This document shows, piece after piece, positions 20,847 to 31,400 of a stretch of DNA of 64,000 bases (position 1 is its first letter; each line of letters starts with the position of its first letter). Under the pieces are notes generated by a model. The model was not told where the DNA came from, searched no databases, and saw only the letters and a program-made list of their open reading frames with translations. This stretch comes from Candidatus Aceula meridiana (lineage in GTDB: Bacteria > Omnitrophota > Gorgyraeia > Zapsychrales > Aceulaceae), in assembly GCA_030765185.1 (NCBI GenBank), contig JAVCDE010000018.1, positions 2 to 64,001 of the forward strand. Reading direction: 5' to 3'. The position numbers were made by a program, and so were the translations under genes.

Positions 20847-20977
20847 TACTCTTTGATCTCAATTAAAAAACAACTTATCGAACCTATATTGCAATCTGGA
20901 TCATTAGCTGTTAACATGAAAAACATGATTAAGGCCTCATGCGAAAATAAATTTAATATTCTTTCGGAGGAAGAAAT

Positions 20978-21463
20978 ATGAAAAAAAAATGGATACTTAT
21001 TATTTTGATTGGGTTAATTGCTTTGGGGGCCGGGCTATTCGGCTACCAACAAGACCGCAAGCCAGATCAAGCCCTAGCACGCATCAATAACTACAGCATG
21101 TCCGTTAAAGACTTTGAAAATGAACTCGAGTATACTGGCTACGGAATTGACACCTCAGCTGACCCCCGATATATTATGGATGTCATTATTGATGAGCAAT
21201 TGCTTGTTCAAGAAGCACAGCGTCAGGGGCTACATAAGCGAAAGAGCTTCTTAATCACCATTGAGCACTATTGGAAGCAAACGTTAATTAAAGAACTTAT
21301 GGACAAGGAAACCCAGCGTATTCAAAAAGAACTTGCTCCCGCTGATCAAGAAAAAGCCTTTCAGGACTGGCTTGATAAATTGCGCAGCAAAGCCCACATC
21401 CAAATTAACCAAGAGCTTCTGGAGAAAACAATAAAAGATAAATTCCAAAAAACAATTCAATAA
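20978..21463 (+). CDS. Hypothetical exported or membrane-anchored protein. It may be a SurA-N-like chaperone domain, but this is tentative.
   Basis: N-terminal hydrophobic helix MKKKWILIILIGLIALGAGLF. A GGAGG RBS lies upstream. There are no diagnostic motifs. Confidence 0.4.
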   Translation: MKKKWILIILIGLIALGAGLFGYQQDRKPDQALARINNYSMSVKDFENELEYTGYGIDTSADPRYIMDVIIDEQLLVQEAQRQGLHKRKSFLITIEHYWKQTLIKELMDKETQRIQKELAPADQEKAFQDWLDKLRSKAHIQINQELLEKTIKDKFQKTIQ

Positions 21464-21500
21464 CGCCTTTTAAATTCCTTAAAAAGTTGGGGAGGTAAAA

Positions 21501-22115
21501 ATGTCGACCGGAAAAATCATTAGACGCAAAAATTATTTTATTAAGAAGAAATTTCAAACAAACTTTATCATTAAATTCTGCATCCTGGTCATTCTAAGTA
21601 CAATTATTTCAGGTGTCGTCCTGTATTCTTCATCGCTCAATACAGCAACGACAGCCTTTGTGAATTCACGCCTAGAAATCGTAAGGACTTCAGATTATAT
21701 CATCCCAAATTTAATGCTATCAAGCTTTGTCAGTATTGTTCTTGTCGGATTGGCAACGATTGTTGTTGTTATTTTTCTTTCTCACCGCATTGCCGGTGCT
21801 TTATTTAATATCGAGAGAAGTGTTTCTGATGCCGCAGACGGAGATTTAACGCGTCGCATCCACCTGCGATCTAAAGATGAAGTTACCGCCTTAGCTGACT
21901 CATTTAATAGAATGATCCAAATAACCCATGAAAAAATTCTAAAAATTAAATTTCACTCTGATAGCCTGCAGCAGGATCTTGATGAAATCTCAAAGGCTTT
22001 ATCGGAAGATAACAAAAAGAAAGAAGAAGAAATTCTCGCTATCCTAAAAAGACTTAAAGATAAAAAAAGCTCACTTGATAGTGTTATCCGGGCCTTTAAG
22101 ATTAATGACGTATAA
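21501..22115 (+). CDS. Membrane protein with a HAMP domain and a C-terminal coiled coil (no output domain)
   Basis: Two TM helices followed by the HAMP-like segment LSHRIAGALFNIERSVSDAADGDLTRRIHLRSKDEVTALADSFNRMIQ. Confidence 0.55.
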   Translation: MSTGKIIRRKNYFIKKKFQTNFIIKFCILVILSTIISGVVLYSSSLNTATTAFVNSRLEIVRTSDYIIPNLMLSSFVSIVLVGLATIVVVIFLSHRIAGALFNIERSVSDAADGDLTRRIHLRSKDEVTALADSFNRMIQITHEKILKIKFHSDSLQQDLDEISKALSEDNKKKEEEILAILKRLKDKKSSLDSVIRAFKINDV

Positions 22116-22142
22116 ACATAAGAATAAATTTCTCAATTACTT

Positions 22143-22742
22143 ATGAAACATAAAATTTTATTTTGCGTAATTGCCTTTTGTCTTTTGCTTGGCTCTGCCG
22201 TCTTCGTAGGCGCCATGCCAATTGGTTCTGAACCCGATCAAAGACAAAATGCAGACAGCGATGAACTTTCATTTACATCCCCTCACCTTACGATAAAATA
22301 TTCTCCGAATATTCGCCTAAGGACTGTGAACAAACGCCTATCCCTTTATTTTCGCGACTTTGTTTTAGATCGTAAACGACCAAGAAAATTTGAGAATGAC
22401 GAAATCGAAATTGCTTTTAAGCTTAACAAAATCCGAAGAAAAGTCATGAGTATTCTGGACATGCGCCCTCCTGAGATGAAAATCTCTGTAAAAATTTTTA
22501 AGAATCAAAACGAACTTGATAATTTCTATTATTCGCTTTTTCATTCTAGCAACACCCGGCGTATTATTTCTTTTTATATTCATTCCCATAAAACGATTTA
22601 CACGACCGAAAGAGCCATCTCATCTGAGCTTATTGCTCATGAAATGGCGCATGCGGTTTTGCGACATTATTTTCGTGTCCGCCCCCCGACCAACGTAGAT
22701 GAGCTAATGGCTCAATATGCCGAAACGCATCTCCATGATTAG
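22143..22742 (+). CDS. Secreted hypothetical protein with an HExxH motif (possible zinc metallopeptidase-like)
   Basis: Signal peptide. HEMAH at ELIAHEMAHAVLRHYF. Confidence 0.4.
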   Translation: MKHKILFCVIAFCLLLGSAVFVGAMPIGSEPDQRQNADSDELSFTSPHLTIKYSPNIRLRTVNKRLSLYFRDFVLDRKRPRKFENDEIEIAFKLNKIRRKVMSILDMRPPEMKISVKIFKNQNELDNFYYSLFHSSNTRRIISFYIHSHKTIYTTERAISSELIAHEMAHAVLRHYFRVRPPTNVDELMAQYAETHLHD

Positions 22743-22922
22743 GCTAAAAATTAACAATTTTTGCATAAAAAAATGGAATTTTAAGCCATTTTTAAAGCTA
22801 AATTCACCCCAAAAATAAATTTGTCATTTGTCAAAAAATATGCTATCCTTGAAATACGAAACCACGAAGAATAATCTAAAAACCATCTAATAACCATATA
22901 TAATATAAACCAAGGAAAAAAA

Positions 22923-23429
22923 ATGAAATACCTGAAAATCAGCGTTGTAATATTGGTAGTATCTCTCTTTTGTTTTGGGCTTTCAGCGTCTGTCCAAGCT
23001 CAAGCAGAAAGAGACGAAGAACAAATCTGTTCCGATATGACATATGCCCAACTGGCAACTATCATTATCCAAACTCTCGACCTTCCTTTTCCTGAAGGAT
23101 TTAACGAGATGACAGAAGGAGAGCAATTCGAAGCTCAGATTAATCTCTTGGCCGAACAAGGCGTTACAGATTTTGACGGTTACGAACCTAACGGTAAAGT
23201 TACCCGAGGATTTGCTGCTGAAGTTATGGTAAAGGCTTTAAGAATTCCTCAGAAATTTGAGTCAATTGATGATCAAATTGGCTATTTAGCTAATCTTGGC
23301 TATATCTCAAGAGGCGGCGTTGAAGAAATTATAACAGATTGCGACATGGAAGCTTATACACCTCCGCCTGCACCTTCACTACCTGATCAACCAGATCCTG
23401 TTCCAGAACCAGTAAGCAGTGTTCAATAA
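22923..23429 (+). CDS. Secreted hypothetical protein with a Pro-rich C-terminus
   Basis: Signal peptide MKYLKISVVILVVSLFCFGLSASVQA. A sigma70-like promoter with an extended -10 lies upstream (TTGTCA...TGCTATCCT at about 22821-22849). The terminator hairpin sits immediately downstream. Confidence 0.45.
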   Translation: MKYLKISVVILVVSLFCFGLSASVQAQAERDEEQICSDMTYAQLATIIIQTLDLPFPEGFNEMTEGEQFEAQINLLAEQGVTDFDGYEPNGKVTRGFAAEVMVKALRIPQKFESIDDQIGYLANLGYISRGGVEEIITDCDMEAYTPPPAPSLPDQPDPVPEPVSSVQ

Positions 23430-23450
23430 TAGCTAAAAAATATTAGGTTC

Positions 23451-23496
23451 AATAGAAGAAGGGCTTGTCCCTTAAGGGAAAAGCCCTTCTTCTATT
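23451..23496. terminator. Bidirectional Rho-independent terminator between convergent genes
   Basis: Perfect 16-bp stem aatagaagaagggctt...aagcccttcttctatt with a short loop, followed by a T-rich tail. Confidence 0.7.
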
Positions 23497-23646
23497 TCTT
23501 TAAAATCTCACTCCCTTACACGTCACCGTTTTACTTTCATAAAGATGGCCACGCCATAAAGGGATGTGGACATCTTTTTAAGGAATCTTATTATTCTGAA
23601 AAGGCGGATAGATATCCCGCAAAGCGGGATTTCTTGATAAAAAACT

Positions 23647-24252
23647 CTATGGCACAAACAGCTGATTAAAACTTGTGCGATAGATATGGGCGGAAACTTG
23701 AGAGGTTTTCTGGAAGAATTCCACAAACGAAAATCCTGCATAGGTCGAATGCAACAAAAGCGCGATAAGCGCAATATTTACAAAATATACAAAAGCCATA
23801 GAAAAAAGATAGTTGGGCTTTACGGGGTTTTCATCCGAAGCACGCAAATCGCGTGCCGTAAAAACGAGATGCATCAAGAACGTAAAACTTGTCAAAAATA
23901 AGAAATAAGGCCCTATTTCATGTTTAATATGAGCAAATTTTAAGAAATAATAGACTACCAAAAGGATAATCGTATAAATCGGTAAAACCAAAGGCGCCAT
24001 GGTAACAAGAGGCTCAAAAAAACGAAACATATCCGAAACAAGCTGCTTGCCATAATTATAAACCACTTCAAGTTCATAAACAAAAAAATGCGTAATCAAA
24101 TACACTAAAATTCCTAAAGCAAAATATCTAGGATACCCATCTCCCTCCAATGACTTAATCTGGCTGGTAAAGGCAACAGTCATCCCTGCAACAAGAGGAA
24201 CAAGTGCTAGAAAAAGTAAAAACTTTATAGCTCCAATAATTCTACTTACCAA
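23647..24252 (-). CDS. Hypothetical polytopic membrane protein
   Basis: 5-6 predicted TM helices. Its start overlaps the serS stop, so it appears co-transcribed with REC-serS. Confidence 0.45.
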   Translation of the reverse strand: MVSRIIGAIKFLLFLALVPLVAGMTVAFTSQIKSLEGDGYPRYFALGILVYLITHFFVYELEVVYNYGKQLVSDMFRFFEPLVTMAPLVLPIYTIILLVVYYFLKFAHIKHEIGPYFLFLTSFTFLMHLVFTARDLRASDENPVKPNYLFSMAFVYFVNIALIALLLHSTYAGFSFVEFFQKTSQVSAHIYRTSFNQLFVP

Positions 24253-25516
24253 TTTTCTTTAACCCTCCCATATAAGGCTGCAAAACTTCCGGAAGAAGAA
24301 TCTCCCCTTCTTTGGTTTGATAATTCTCGATAATCGCAACCATGGTCCGCGCCAATGCGACACCGGAACCGTTTAGTGTATGAACAAAAGAGGTCTTTGT
24401 ATTTTCTTTTCCTTTAAAACGGATACCGGCTCGTCGCGCTTGGAAGTCTTCAAAGTTTGAGCAACTTGAAACCTCTAACCATTTATCTAAGCCGCAAGAA
24501 TACACCTCAAGGTCGTAGCATTTCGCAGCAGCAAAACTTAAATCTCCTGTGGCCAGCATTAACACGCGATACGGCAAGCCTAAAAGCTGCAAAACTTTTT
24601 CTGCTTGGGATACCAAATTCTCAAGCTCATCATAAGAGGTTTCAGGCTTTACAAATTTGACGAGCTCTACTTTATTAAACTGATGCACGCGCATCAAACC
24701 TTTTGTGTCTTTTCCATAAGATCCGGCTTCTCTTCTAAAACAAGCAGTATAAGCCGTATAATAAATTGGCAAGTCCTCTTCCTTTAAAACTTCATCGCGA
24801 TGCAAATTGGTTACCGGAACCTCAGCTGTTGGAATCAGAAATAAATCTTCCTCTTTGACCGCATACATATCCTCTTCCATCTTAGGCAACTGCCCTGTCC
24901 CTGTCATAGATGCACGGTTAACTAAAAACGGCGGAAATATCTCTTTGTATCCATGCTCTCCAGTATGCAAATCGAGCATAAAATTAAAAAGTGCGCGCTC
25001 TAAGCGTGCGCCCGCACCTTTATAAACAATCCAATTGGACCCTGTAATCTTTGAACCACGCTTAAAATCAATGATATCCAATTCCTCAGCCAACTCAAGA
25101 TGTGTCTTGGGTTTAAACTTAAGCTTATTAGCCTTGCCCCAGGCGCGAACTTCTTTATTTTTATCTACTCCTCCGACAGGAACGGAAACATGCGGAATAT
25201 TAGGAATACTGATTAAAATATTTTGAACTTGCGCTGCTGCCTCCTTAGCCAAAGGCTCCAAATCAGAAATTTCTCGAGCGATATCTTTCATGGAGGCGAT
25301 CTTAACTTTAGGGTCTTTTTTATCTTTTAAAAGAGCGCTAATTTCATCATTGGCATCATTCTTTTTTTGCTTAACCTCGTCGAGCTTTGTTAAAAGCTTG
25401 CGTCTCTTTTTATCGAGGTCTAGAAAATTATCAATGTTAATTTTATAACCACCACGTGCAACAAGCGCGCTACGGACAGCTTTTTCATTTTCGCGCACAA
25501 ATTTTAAATCTAACAT
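24242..25516 (-). CDS. serS: Serine--tRNA ligase
   Basis: N-terminal coiled-coil arm MLDLKFVRENEKAVRSALVARGG. Class II synthetase core (FRREAGSYGKDTKGLMRVHQFNKVE...GSGVALARTMVAIIENYQ). Confidence 0.95.
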   Translation of the reverse strand: MLDLKFVRENEKAVRSALVARGGYKINIDNFLDLDKKRRKLLTKLDEVKQKKNDANDEISALLKDKKDPKVKIASMKDIAREISDLEPLAKEAAAQVQNILISIPNIPHVSVPVGGVDKNKEVRAWGKANKLKFKPKTHLELAEELDIIDFKRGSKITGSNWIVYKGAGARLERALFNFMLDLHTGEHGYKEIFPPFLVNRASMTGTGQLPKMEEDMYAVKEEDLFLIPTAEVPVTNLHRDEVLKEEDLPIYYTAYTACFRREAGSYGKDTKGLMRVHQFNKVELVKFVKPETSYDELENLVSQAEKVLQLLGLPYRVLMLATGDLSFAAAKCYDLEVYSCGLDKWLEVSSCSNFEDFQARRAGIRFKGKENTKTSFVHTLNGSGVALARTMVAIIENYQTKEGEILLPEVLQPYMGGLKKIGK

Positions 25517-25531
25517 AATAGTCCTTTTAAA

Positions 25532-25972
25532 TTATACTCGGGGATTTTCAAAACTCGTTTGAATCTGAGAAAGCAACTCTTTAGCATCAACAGGTTTGGC
25601 AAGATGCATATCGGCGCCAAGATCGAAATGCCGGACAACATCATCAGGCGAATCTTGACTTGTCAAAAAAATAATCGGAATCGCCATAGTCGAGGCCTCA
25701 TCTTTAAGCTGGCGGCAAACCTCAATTCCGTCAATATGCGGCATCACAACATCAAGGACAATTAAATCCGGTTTGTGCGCACGAGCCTCGGCTAGGCCTT
25801 GAGCGCCATTTTCTGCCAATAAAGTTTTGTATCCGGCCTTCTCAATAATTTTCTGGATAGCCAATCTTTGCCCTGGCTCATCCTCGACGATAAGAATTAT
25901 CTTTTCCTGCCCCTTAGAAAGCGTACAACAGCAAGATTTCTTTGAAAATAATGACAAAATTTTACAAAACAT
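25532..25972 (-). CDS. Stand-alone response-regulator receiver (REC) domain protein
   Basis: KIILIVEDEPGQRLAIQKII...DLIVLDVVMPHIDGIEVCRQLK...K. The true start may be a non-ATG codon downstream of the annotated Met. Confidence 0.75.
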   Translation of the reverse strand: MFCKILSLFSKKSCCCTLSKGQEKIILIVEDEPGQRLAIQKIIEKAGYKTLLAENGAQGLAEARAHKPDLIVLDVVMPHIDGIEVCRQLKDEASTMAIPIIFLTSQDSPDDVVRHFDLGADMHLAKPVDAKELLSQIQTSFENPRV

Positions 25973-26077
25973 AAATTTCTCCTGATAATCTTTTATGCAA
26001 AAGAATCAACTTCATTATATTAGGAAATGATTAAGCGTGCTATAAAATTCTTAAGGATTTACGAAGTATCGTTAGGC

Positions 26078-27112
26078 TTACCGCAAGGCGTATTCAGACC
26101 CATCAAATGCTAATATTGGCCCAAAAATAAATGGCAAGAAAATCAACCCGAGTCCAAAGAAAGCACCTTTTCCAAAGTTTTTTGCAATACCAATCATAAT
26201 GATAAAATAAAAAATAATACTTACATAAGGAACAAAAAATAGCAACAGCCACCAGCCCGGCTTACCGGCAATCTTACATTGAACATACTGGCCATAAATA
26301 GGAATAAGTTGCGACCATCCCGGATATCCGGCTTTGTTGCAAATTATCCACCAACAAATAATTGTAAAAAAGACAAAAATAGCGCCAAAAATAAAAGGAA
26401 TGATCGAACCAGACTTATTTGATTTTAGAGAGAAAATTTTAGCCGACTGCGCAGATTCATCATTCTCAGCCCGTTCTTTAAAACTCTTGGCTTCTAAAAT
26501 TTTCCGTGCATAAGCTGGGTCACTCTTAGCTCTCGCACGAACGCGATCACCAAAGAAATCTACAATAAAACCTACGAACGGAATCTTCTTGTCTTTAAGA
26601 AACTGTTTCATCTGGCTTAAGTCTTGTTGAATCCTACGTTCTATCTTACTAGCAGGATCAAGATCGTCAAAGTCATCTTCTTGCGGCAATTGTGTCGCAG
26701 AGGCATCTGGGGCTTCCTCTAAAATAGGCTCATCAGAGGCTTCGTCAGAGATTTCTATTTCTTCGGTTTTCTCAAAGAGAGACGTTAGCTTTTTGGAAAC
26801 ACCATAACTCTCGGCAGACTTCTCTCTTGATTTCTCAAAAATTTCCGAATAATCTTCTTCCTCTTGCGGAAAAACTTCTAGCTTCGTCTCTTCCTCAGGA
26901 TAATCTTGCACATTAGGCACTTCACCGTCTACGGTATCAATTTCATCAAAATAAAACTTTAAGTCCACACCCTCAAAATTAATTTTGACGTATCTATTCG
27001 TCTGCTCAACAATTTCGCCCTCAACAGACAGCCCGGACTTCAGCTCAATCTTAGCTGCATAAGCATTTGCCGAAACAAATAATACTAATAAAAAAAATAA
27101 AATTTTTTTCAT
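26078..27112 (-). CDS. Secreted protein with a C-terminal DUF5684-like membrane domain (tandem paralogue 1, with an acidic linker)
   Basis: Signal peptide plus a conserved ~45-aa N-domain (AAKIELKSGLSVEGEIVEQTNRYVKINFEGVDLKFYFDEID). C-terminal CNKAGYPGWSQLIPIYGQYVQCKIAGKPGWWLLLFFVP...NFGKGAFFGLGLIFLPFIFGPILAF. Confidence 0.6.
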   Translation of the reverse strand: MKKILFFLLVLFVSANAYAAKIELKSGLSVEGEIVEQTNRYVKINFEGVDLKFYFDEIDTVDGEVPNVQDYPEEETKLEVFPQEEEDYSEIFEKSREKSAESYGVSKKLTSLFEKTEEIEISDEASDEPILEEAPDASATQLPQEDDFDDLDPASKIERRIQQDLSQMKQFLKDKKIPFVGFIVDFFGDRVRARAKSDPAYARKILEAKSFKERAENDESAQSAKIFSLKSNKSGSIIPFIFGAIFVFFTIICWWIICNKAGYPGWSQLIPIYGQYVQCKIAGKPGWWLLLFFVPYVSIIFYFIIMIGIAKNFGKGAFFGLGLIFLPFIFGPILAFDGSEYALR

Positions 27113-27127
27113 ATTTTGCCTTAATTC

Positions 27128-27856
27128 TTATGTTACAGCTTCTGGAGCTTTTTCGGATTCATTGCTCATATACTGGGAATTATCAAATGCCAATATCGGC
27201 CAGAAAATAAACGGCAAGAAAATCAATCCAAGACCAAACCCAACACCTTTACCAAAATTTCTAGCGATGCCAATATATACGGCAAATGCTACAATAATAC
27301 TCACGATAGGGACAAAAAACAACAAAAGCCACCAGCCCGGCTTACCGGCAATCTTACACTGTACATATACACCATAAAAAGGAACAAGCTGAGACCATCC
27401 CGGATATCCAGCCTTATTGCAAACTTTCCAAGTAGAAACAAGAATAAGAAGTACAAAAATTAAACCAAACACAAACTTCACTATCGCCTCTTGCAAAGAA
27501 ATCTTGCCTTCGCCCTCATTTGTTTTCTGAAGTTGTTTGAGAATTGAAACAAAATCCGCTGGAGCTTTATAAGGTTCAGCAGGCGCTTGAGATGCAGGCA
27601 AAAGTTCCCTACCTTGATCCGGTATTAAAGCCTTTTGAGCCTCAAGGTCAGCATCATTAATAGGGCCTTCTTCAATGCTTTCAATTTCGTTAAAATAAAA
27701 TTTTGCATTGTCACCTCGAAAATTGATTTCAACGTATTGATCTGTTTTTTCGATAATATCGCAAGTGATAACTGCCCCATTTTTAAGTTGAATTTTTGCC
27801 GCGTGTGCGTTTGTGACGATTAATGCAATAATCAAAAATAATAAAATTTTTTTCAT
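27128..27856 (-). CDS. Secreted protein with a C-terminal DUF5684-like membrane domain (tandem paralogue 2)
   Basis: Same N-domain (AAKIQLKNGAVITCDIIEKTDQYVEINFRGDNAKFYFNEIE) and C-terminal CNKAGYPGWSQLVPFYGVYVQCKIAGKPGWWLLLFFVP...NFGKGVGFGLGLIFLPFIFWPILAF. Confidence 0.6.
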   Translation of the reverse strand: MKKILLFLIIALIVTNAHAAKIQLKNGAVITCDIIEKTDQYVEINFRGDNAKFYFNEIESIEEGPINDADLEAQKALIPDQGRELLPASQAPAEPYKAPADFVSILKQLQKTNEGEGKISLQEAIVKFVFGLIFVLLILVSTWKVCNKAGYPGWSQLVPFYGVYVQCKIAGKPGWWLLLFFVPIVSIIVAFAVYIGIARNFGKGVGFGLGLIFLPFIFWPILAFDNSQYMSNESEKAPEAVT

Positions 27857-27963
27857 ATATTCCCTCGTCTTGATTTCAATAGAGCTTGAACAGTCTAAAA
27901 ATTTTCTTGACCTAATGGATTAACTAATTTTATTGTATTAAAAAAACAAGGGAATAACCAGAG

Positions 27964-28001
27964 GATTTTCAAAAAAGAAAGCCAAGGCCTTTAGACCTTG
28001 G
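27964..28001 (-). terminator. Rho-independent terminator of the toxin operon
   Basis: On the minus strand: hairpin ccaaggtctaaaggccttgg followed by ctttcttttttg. Confidence 0.6.
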
Positions 28002-28030
28002 ATTGGAAATGGTTTAAATTAATTAAATTA

Positions 28031-28417
28031 TTAAGGCTTTATATATTTTACCTTTCCATCGATAAAATAAAAAAAATAACTATATACATAATTTGAAAAG
28101 AATGGAATAAATCCCTTTGAATACTTATAAATCCAAACTTCTTCTGCCGTGGCATATTTACAATCTGACTTTTTGCATCCAGGTGTTAAAAGAACTGGAA
28201 TATCCTCCCATTTTCCATGAGGTTTTCCGAATATTTCTCTGATTTGATCTTTGGTTTTCTCCATGTAACCCTGAAGCTCATAATGCCTTTTTTCCTGATC
28301 TTCAATGTATTTATTTGTCTGTCCTTCTGAAGAGTATTGCACCCAATCTCCATAACCACATCCTACGATTAAGATGGAAAGGCTTAACAACAATCCTAAG
28401 CATAAAAGCTTCTTCAT
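28031..28417 (-). CDS. Small lipoprotein, a candidate immunity protein for the upstream RHS toxin
   Basis: The start was refined to the internal Met (MKKLLCLGLLLSLSILIVGCG, a lipobox IVGC) with an AGGAAG RBS 9 nt upstream. It begins 14 nt after the RHS stop. Confidence 0.5.
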   Translation of the reverse strand: MKKLLCLGLLLSLSILIVGCGYGDWVQYSSEGQTNKYIEDQEKRHYELQGYMEKTKDQIREIFGKPHGKWEDIPVLLTPGCKKSDCKYATAEEVWIYKYSKGFIPFFSNYVYSYFFYFIDGKVKYIKP

Positions 28418-28430
28418 ATTATAATACTTC

Positions 28431-31400
28431 CTAAATTCCATAATTTGAATGGACTGAGAATCCAAACATTGCTCCTGCTCCAACAGCCCCGCCTGCAATA
28501 TTGATTGGATTTAAATTTGGCCCGACTAAATTAATTGGATCAAAAATATGATTCATACATCCTGTCATGTTGGCACCACCCATCCAAGAAGATAAAGCCG
28601 CCATGGGCTGGCTGATAGCTGCGGCCATATAGGTTACTGTTGAACCACCAGCTAACTGCCTTCCCGTTAGGCCAAGATTCATCAAGGCATTTGAGGTTGT
28701 TATTGTTCCTTGGCTGTGTGGAATAATGTTTATTGGTCCACCAATTTTTGCTAGGCCATCAGCGAATTGTCTATCCAAAGAGCTTGTTCGAAATATTTTC
28801 TGAAATATACTCTCTGTAAAGTCAGCGATGCTACCTGCTGAAGGATTATAATACAGATAGGAAGCACCATGCTTTTGTAATGCATCTTTGGCAGCATCAG
28901 GAAGCGAAGTATTAACTCCGTTTGTGTAGAGGGTGTTTCCTGACGGGATCTCCGAAGGATCAATGCTTTCATAAACAAGCCCGCTGTCTCCTCCAAAAAC
29001 CCTGTAGAAACCCATTCTTTTATCTTCTTCCGAAATCCAAGCAGCGATTCCTTTGCCAACATTCCACGCGAAGTTTATTGCCGATAATCCCATCGCCGCA
29101 TAAGTGAATCCTTGGCTTATAGTAGGGTCTCTCGACGTTGCACTAGCTACTTGAGAGCCCAGGCTCATCCATGCAGAAGCCTTTAAAAGAACCATTCCTT
29201 GTGCAGTCGATCCAATAGTTCCTCCGGACATGCCTCCCATTACAGCTCCGATCAAAACACTCTGCCATTGAACCTTTCCGGTTTGTTGATAAGAAGATAC
29301 TGCTCCGGCAATGGCACCAATAATCGCTCCAATAATTAACCAAGGAAAATTTCCACTCGGATCGGTATAGCACAACGGTGAATTATAAACATAGCTATAA
29401 CGATTCAAGGACTGTGAATTCGTCGGATTAGGCATCATCGGATCTGCAGTCAAAAACCTGCCAATGAGCGGATTATAATACCTAGCTCCATAATAGTATA
29501 GGCCTGTCTCATCATCAAGCTTTTTACCTGTGAAATAAAAATGAGAAACTTGTGATGAATCTCCGTACATCTCATGGCGAGAAAAAAGACCAAACGGTAA
29601 ATATTCACAAAGCTCTTTAACCTCTCCCTGAGCGTCTGTTGTTGCGTTGATGCTGCCAAGATGATTATTAAAATAGTACATAATTTCACCATTCTTAACA
29701 CTAGCGATACGCCTATTTCCCAAATAAATATATGTTAATGGCCCATCTGAATTCTCTTCGTAAAGCGACCCTATGTATTGAGTTGTTTTCTTTCCAATAG
29801 CTATGCTGACGGATGAATTAACATGGGAATCCCCGGCGAATTTTCCTAGATCGAAGAACTTGTTCTTTCCATTATTGTCATAACATTGAGCACCTCCTTG
29901 ATAAACTATTTTCTGAGTTCTCCCTCCCTCTCCGTCGTAGACATATTGAGCTTTAAGCGCAGAATTTTTCTTGACTTCAACAAGCCGGTTCTCAGCATCA
30001 TAATTATATTGCCAAAACTTACCTTCATCATCTATCATTTCAATCATATTGCCGTTTTCATCATAAGAAAAAACAGTTCCATCTGATAATGACGTTACCG
30101 CGTGTGGTCCAGCGCCATTTTCTCCGTAGGCATACGCTTTTCCATCTTTCTCAATAATATTTCCAATCGCATCATATTGATAAGTTTTTATTCCATAATT
30201 CCCTTGTGCTTGAATCAAACGATTCAATGCGTCGTAAGAGAAATATTGAGAATCTGTATTTACGCTATCGACAATCATCTTGATGTTGCCAACACTATCA
30301 TACGAGTATTCTAAGTCCTGGATTGCTTCGCCTTCAGGGTTAATTGTCAAAATTTTCTGAAGACGTAATGTATCCTCCTCATAGGTATATGTTGTCATCA
30401 TTCCATTCTCGTATTCAATCTTTGTTATCTGCCCGGGCGCGTCATATTCAACATTACGGATAAAAATCTCATCACCTAAATCTTTGCCCGGGACAGAATC
30501 ATAGCAATGAACAAGAGTAATATAATCCGTTGTATTATTTTTAGGATAGCGCCGGATCTCTCCTTTCCAAGCAAAAGTATTTGTGTTTTGCTGCCAGCTT
30601 TCATTATTAATAATTGTTAAATTCTTATTAATACTTATCGTCCCCGGGCTACCATCGGTAACAAAGCCTTCTTCTTCCCACCAATTTCCCTGATCATCTA
30701 ATGCCGCCAATTCCATTGAATCTTCATCAACAATAGAAAAATAATATTTATAATCATAATCATCATTATTAAAAGTTGGGATAGGGTCTGTCCATGAAAA
30801 ACTAACTTCATAGCTATCTTCACGATCAACAAGTGGATGATAATGATTTGTTGTCATCTCGACATGAAGCCCTGTTCCGACCTCAACCGGAAATTCTAAT
30901 GAAAGCGGAGTAAAAAAACTCCAAGAATTAAAAGGATTATACGAACGTCCAGGATGAACACGCCTTAACTGGGCAACCCATACATAGTCAGTAATCAAAT
31001 CGCCATTATATTCATCGTATGCGATAAGCTCTTTTGACTCAATATAATCTCCGTTTGGCTGATCACTTGGCATATTAACATCACCGTACCAATTACCATA
31101 GGATTCTGGATCTGCGGCTGCTAAATTTTGATATCCTGAGATATTTTCTTTTAATGCATAAAACAACCGATAATCTTCTGCAGGCACAACAGGAAGCCCA
31201 TTCCATGAAATATCAAAATCATATTCAGCGCGAACTCCTGGATGAGGATTTTGAGGAGAAACAGAAAAATTAAACTCAGGTGGCTCGGCAGCTGTCGTAT
31301 CGATTAAAATCTGAAAAGCAGTCGTGTAGGTTCCGCTATCAAACTGGTTATATGTTTGACCTGGAACAATGTGGCGAACCTCGACTATCCACCAATAGTT

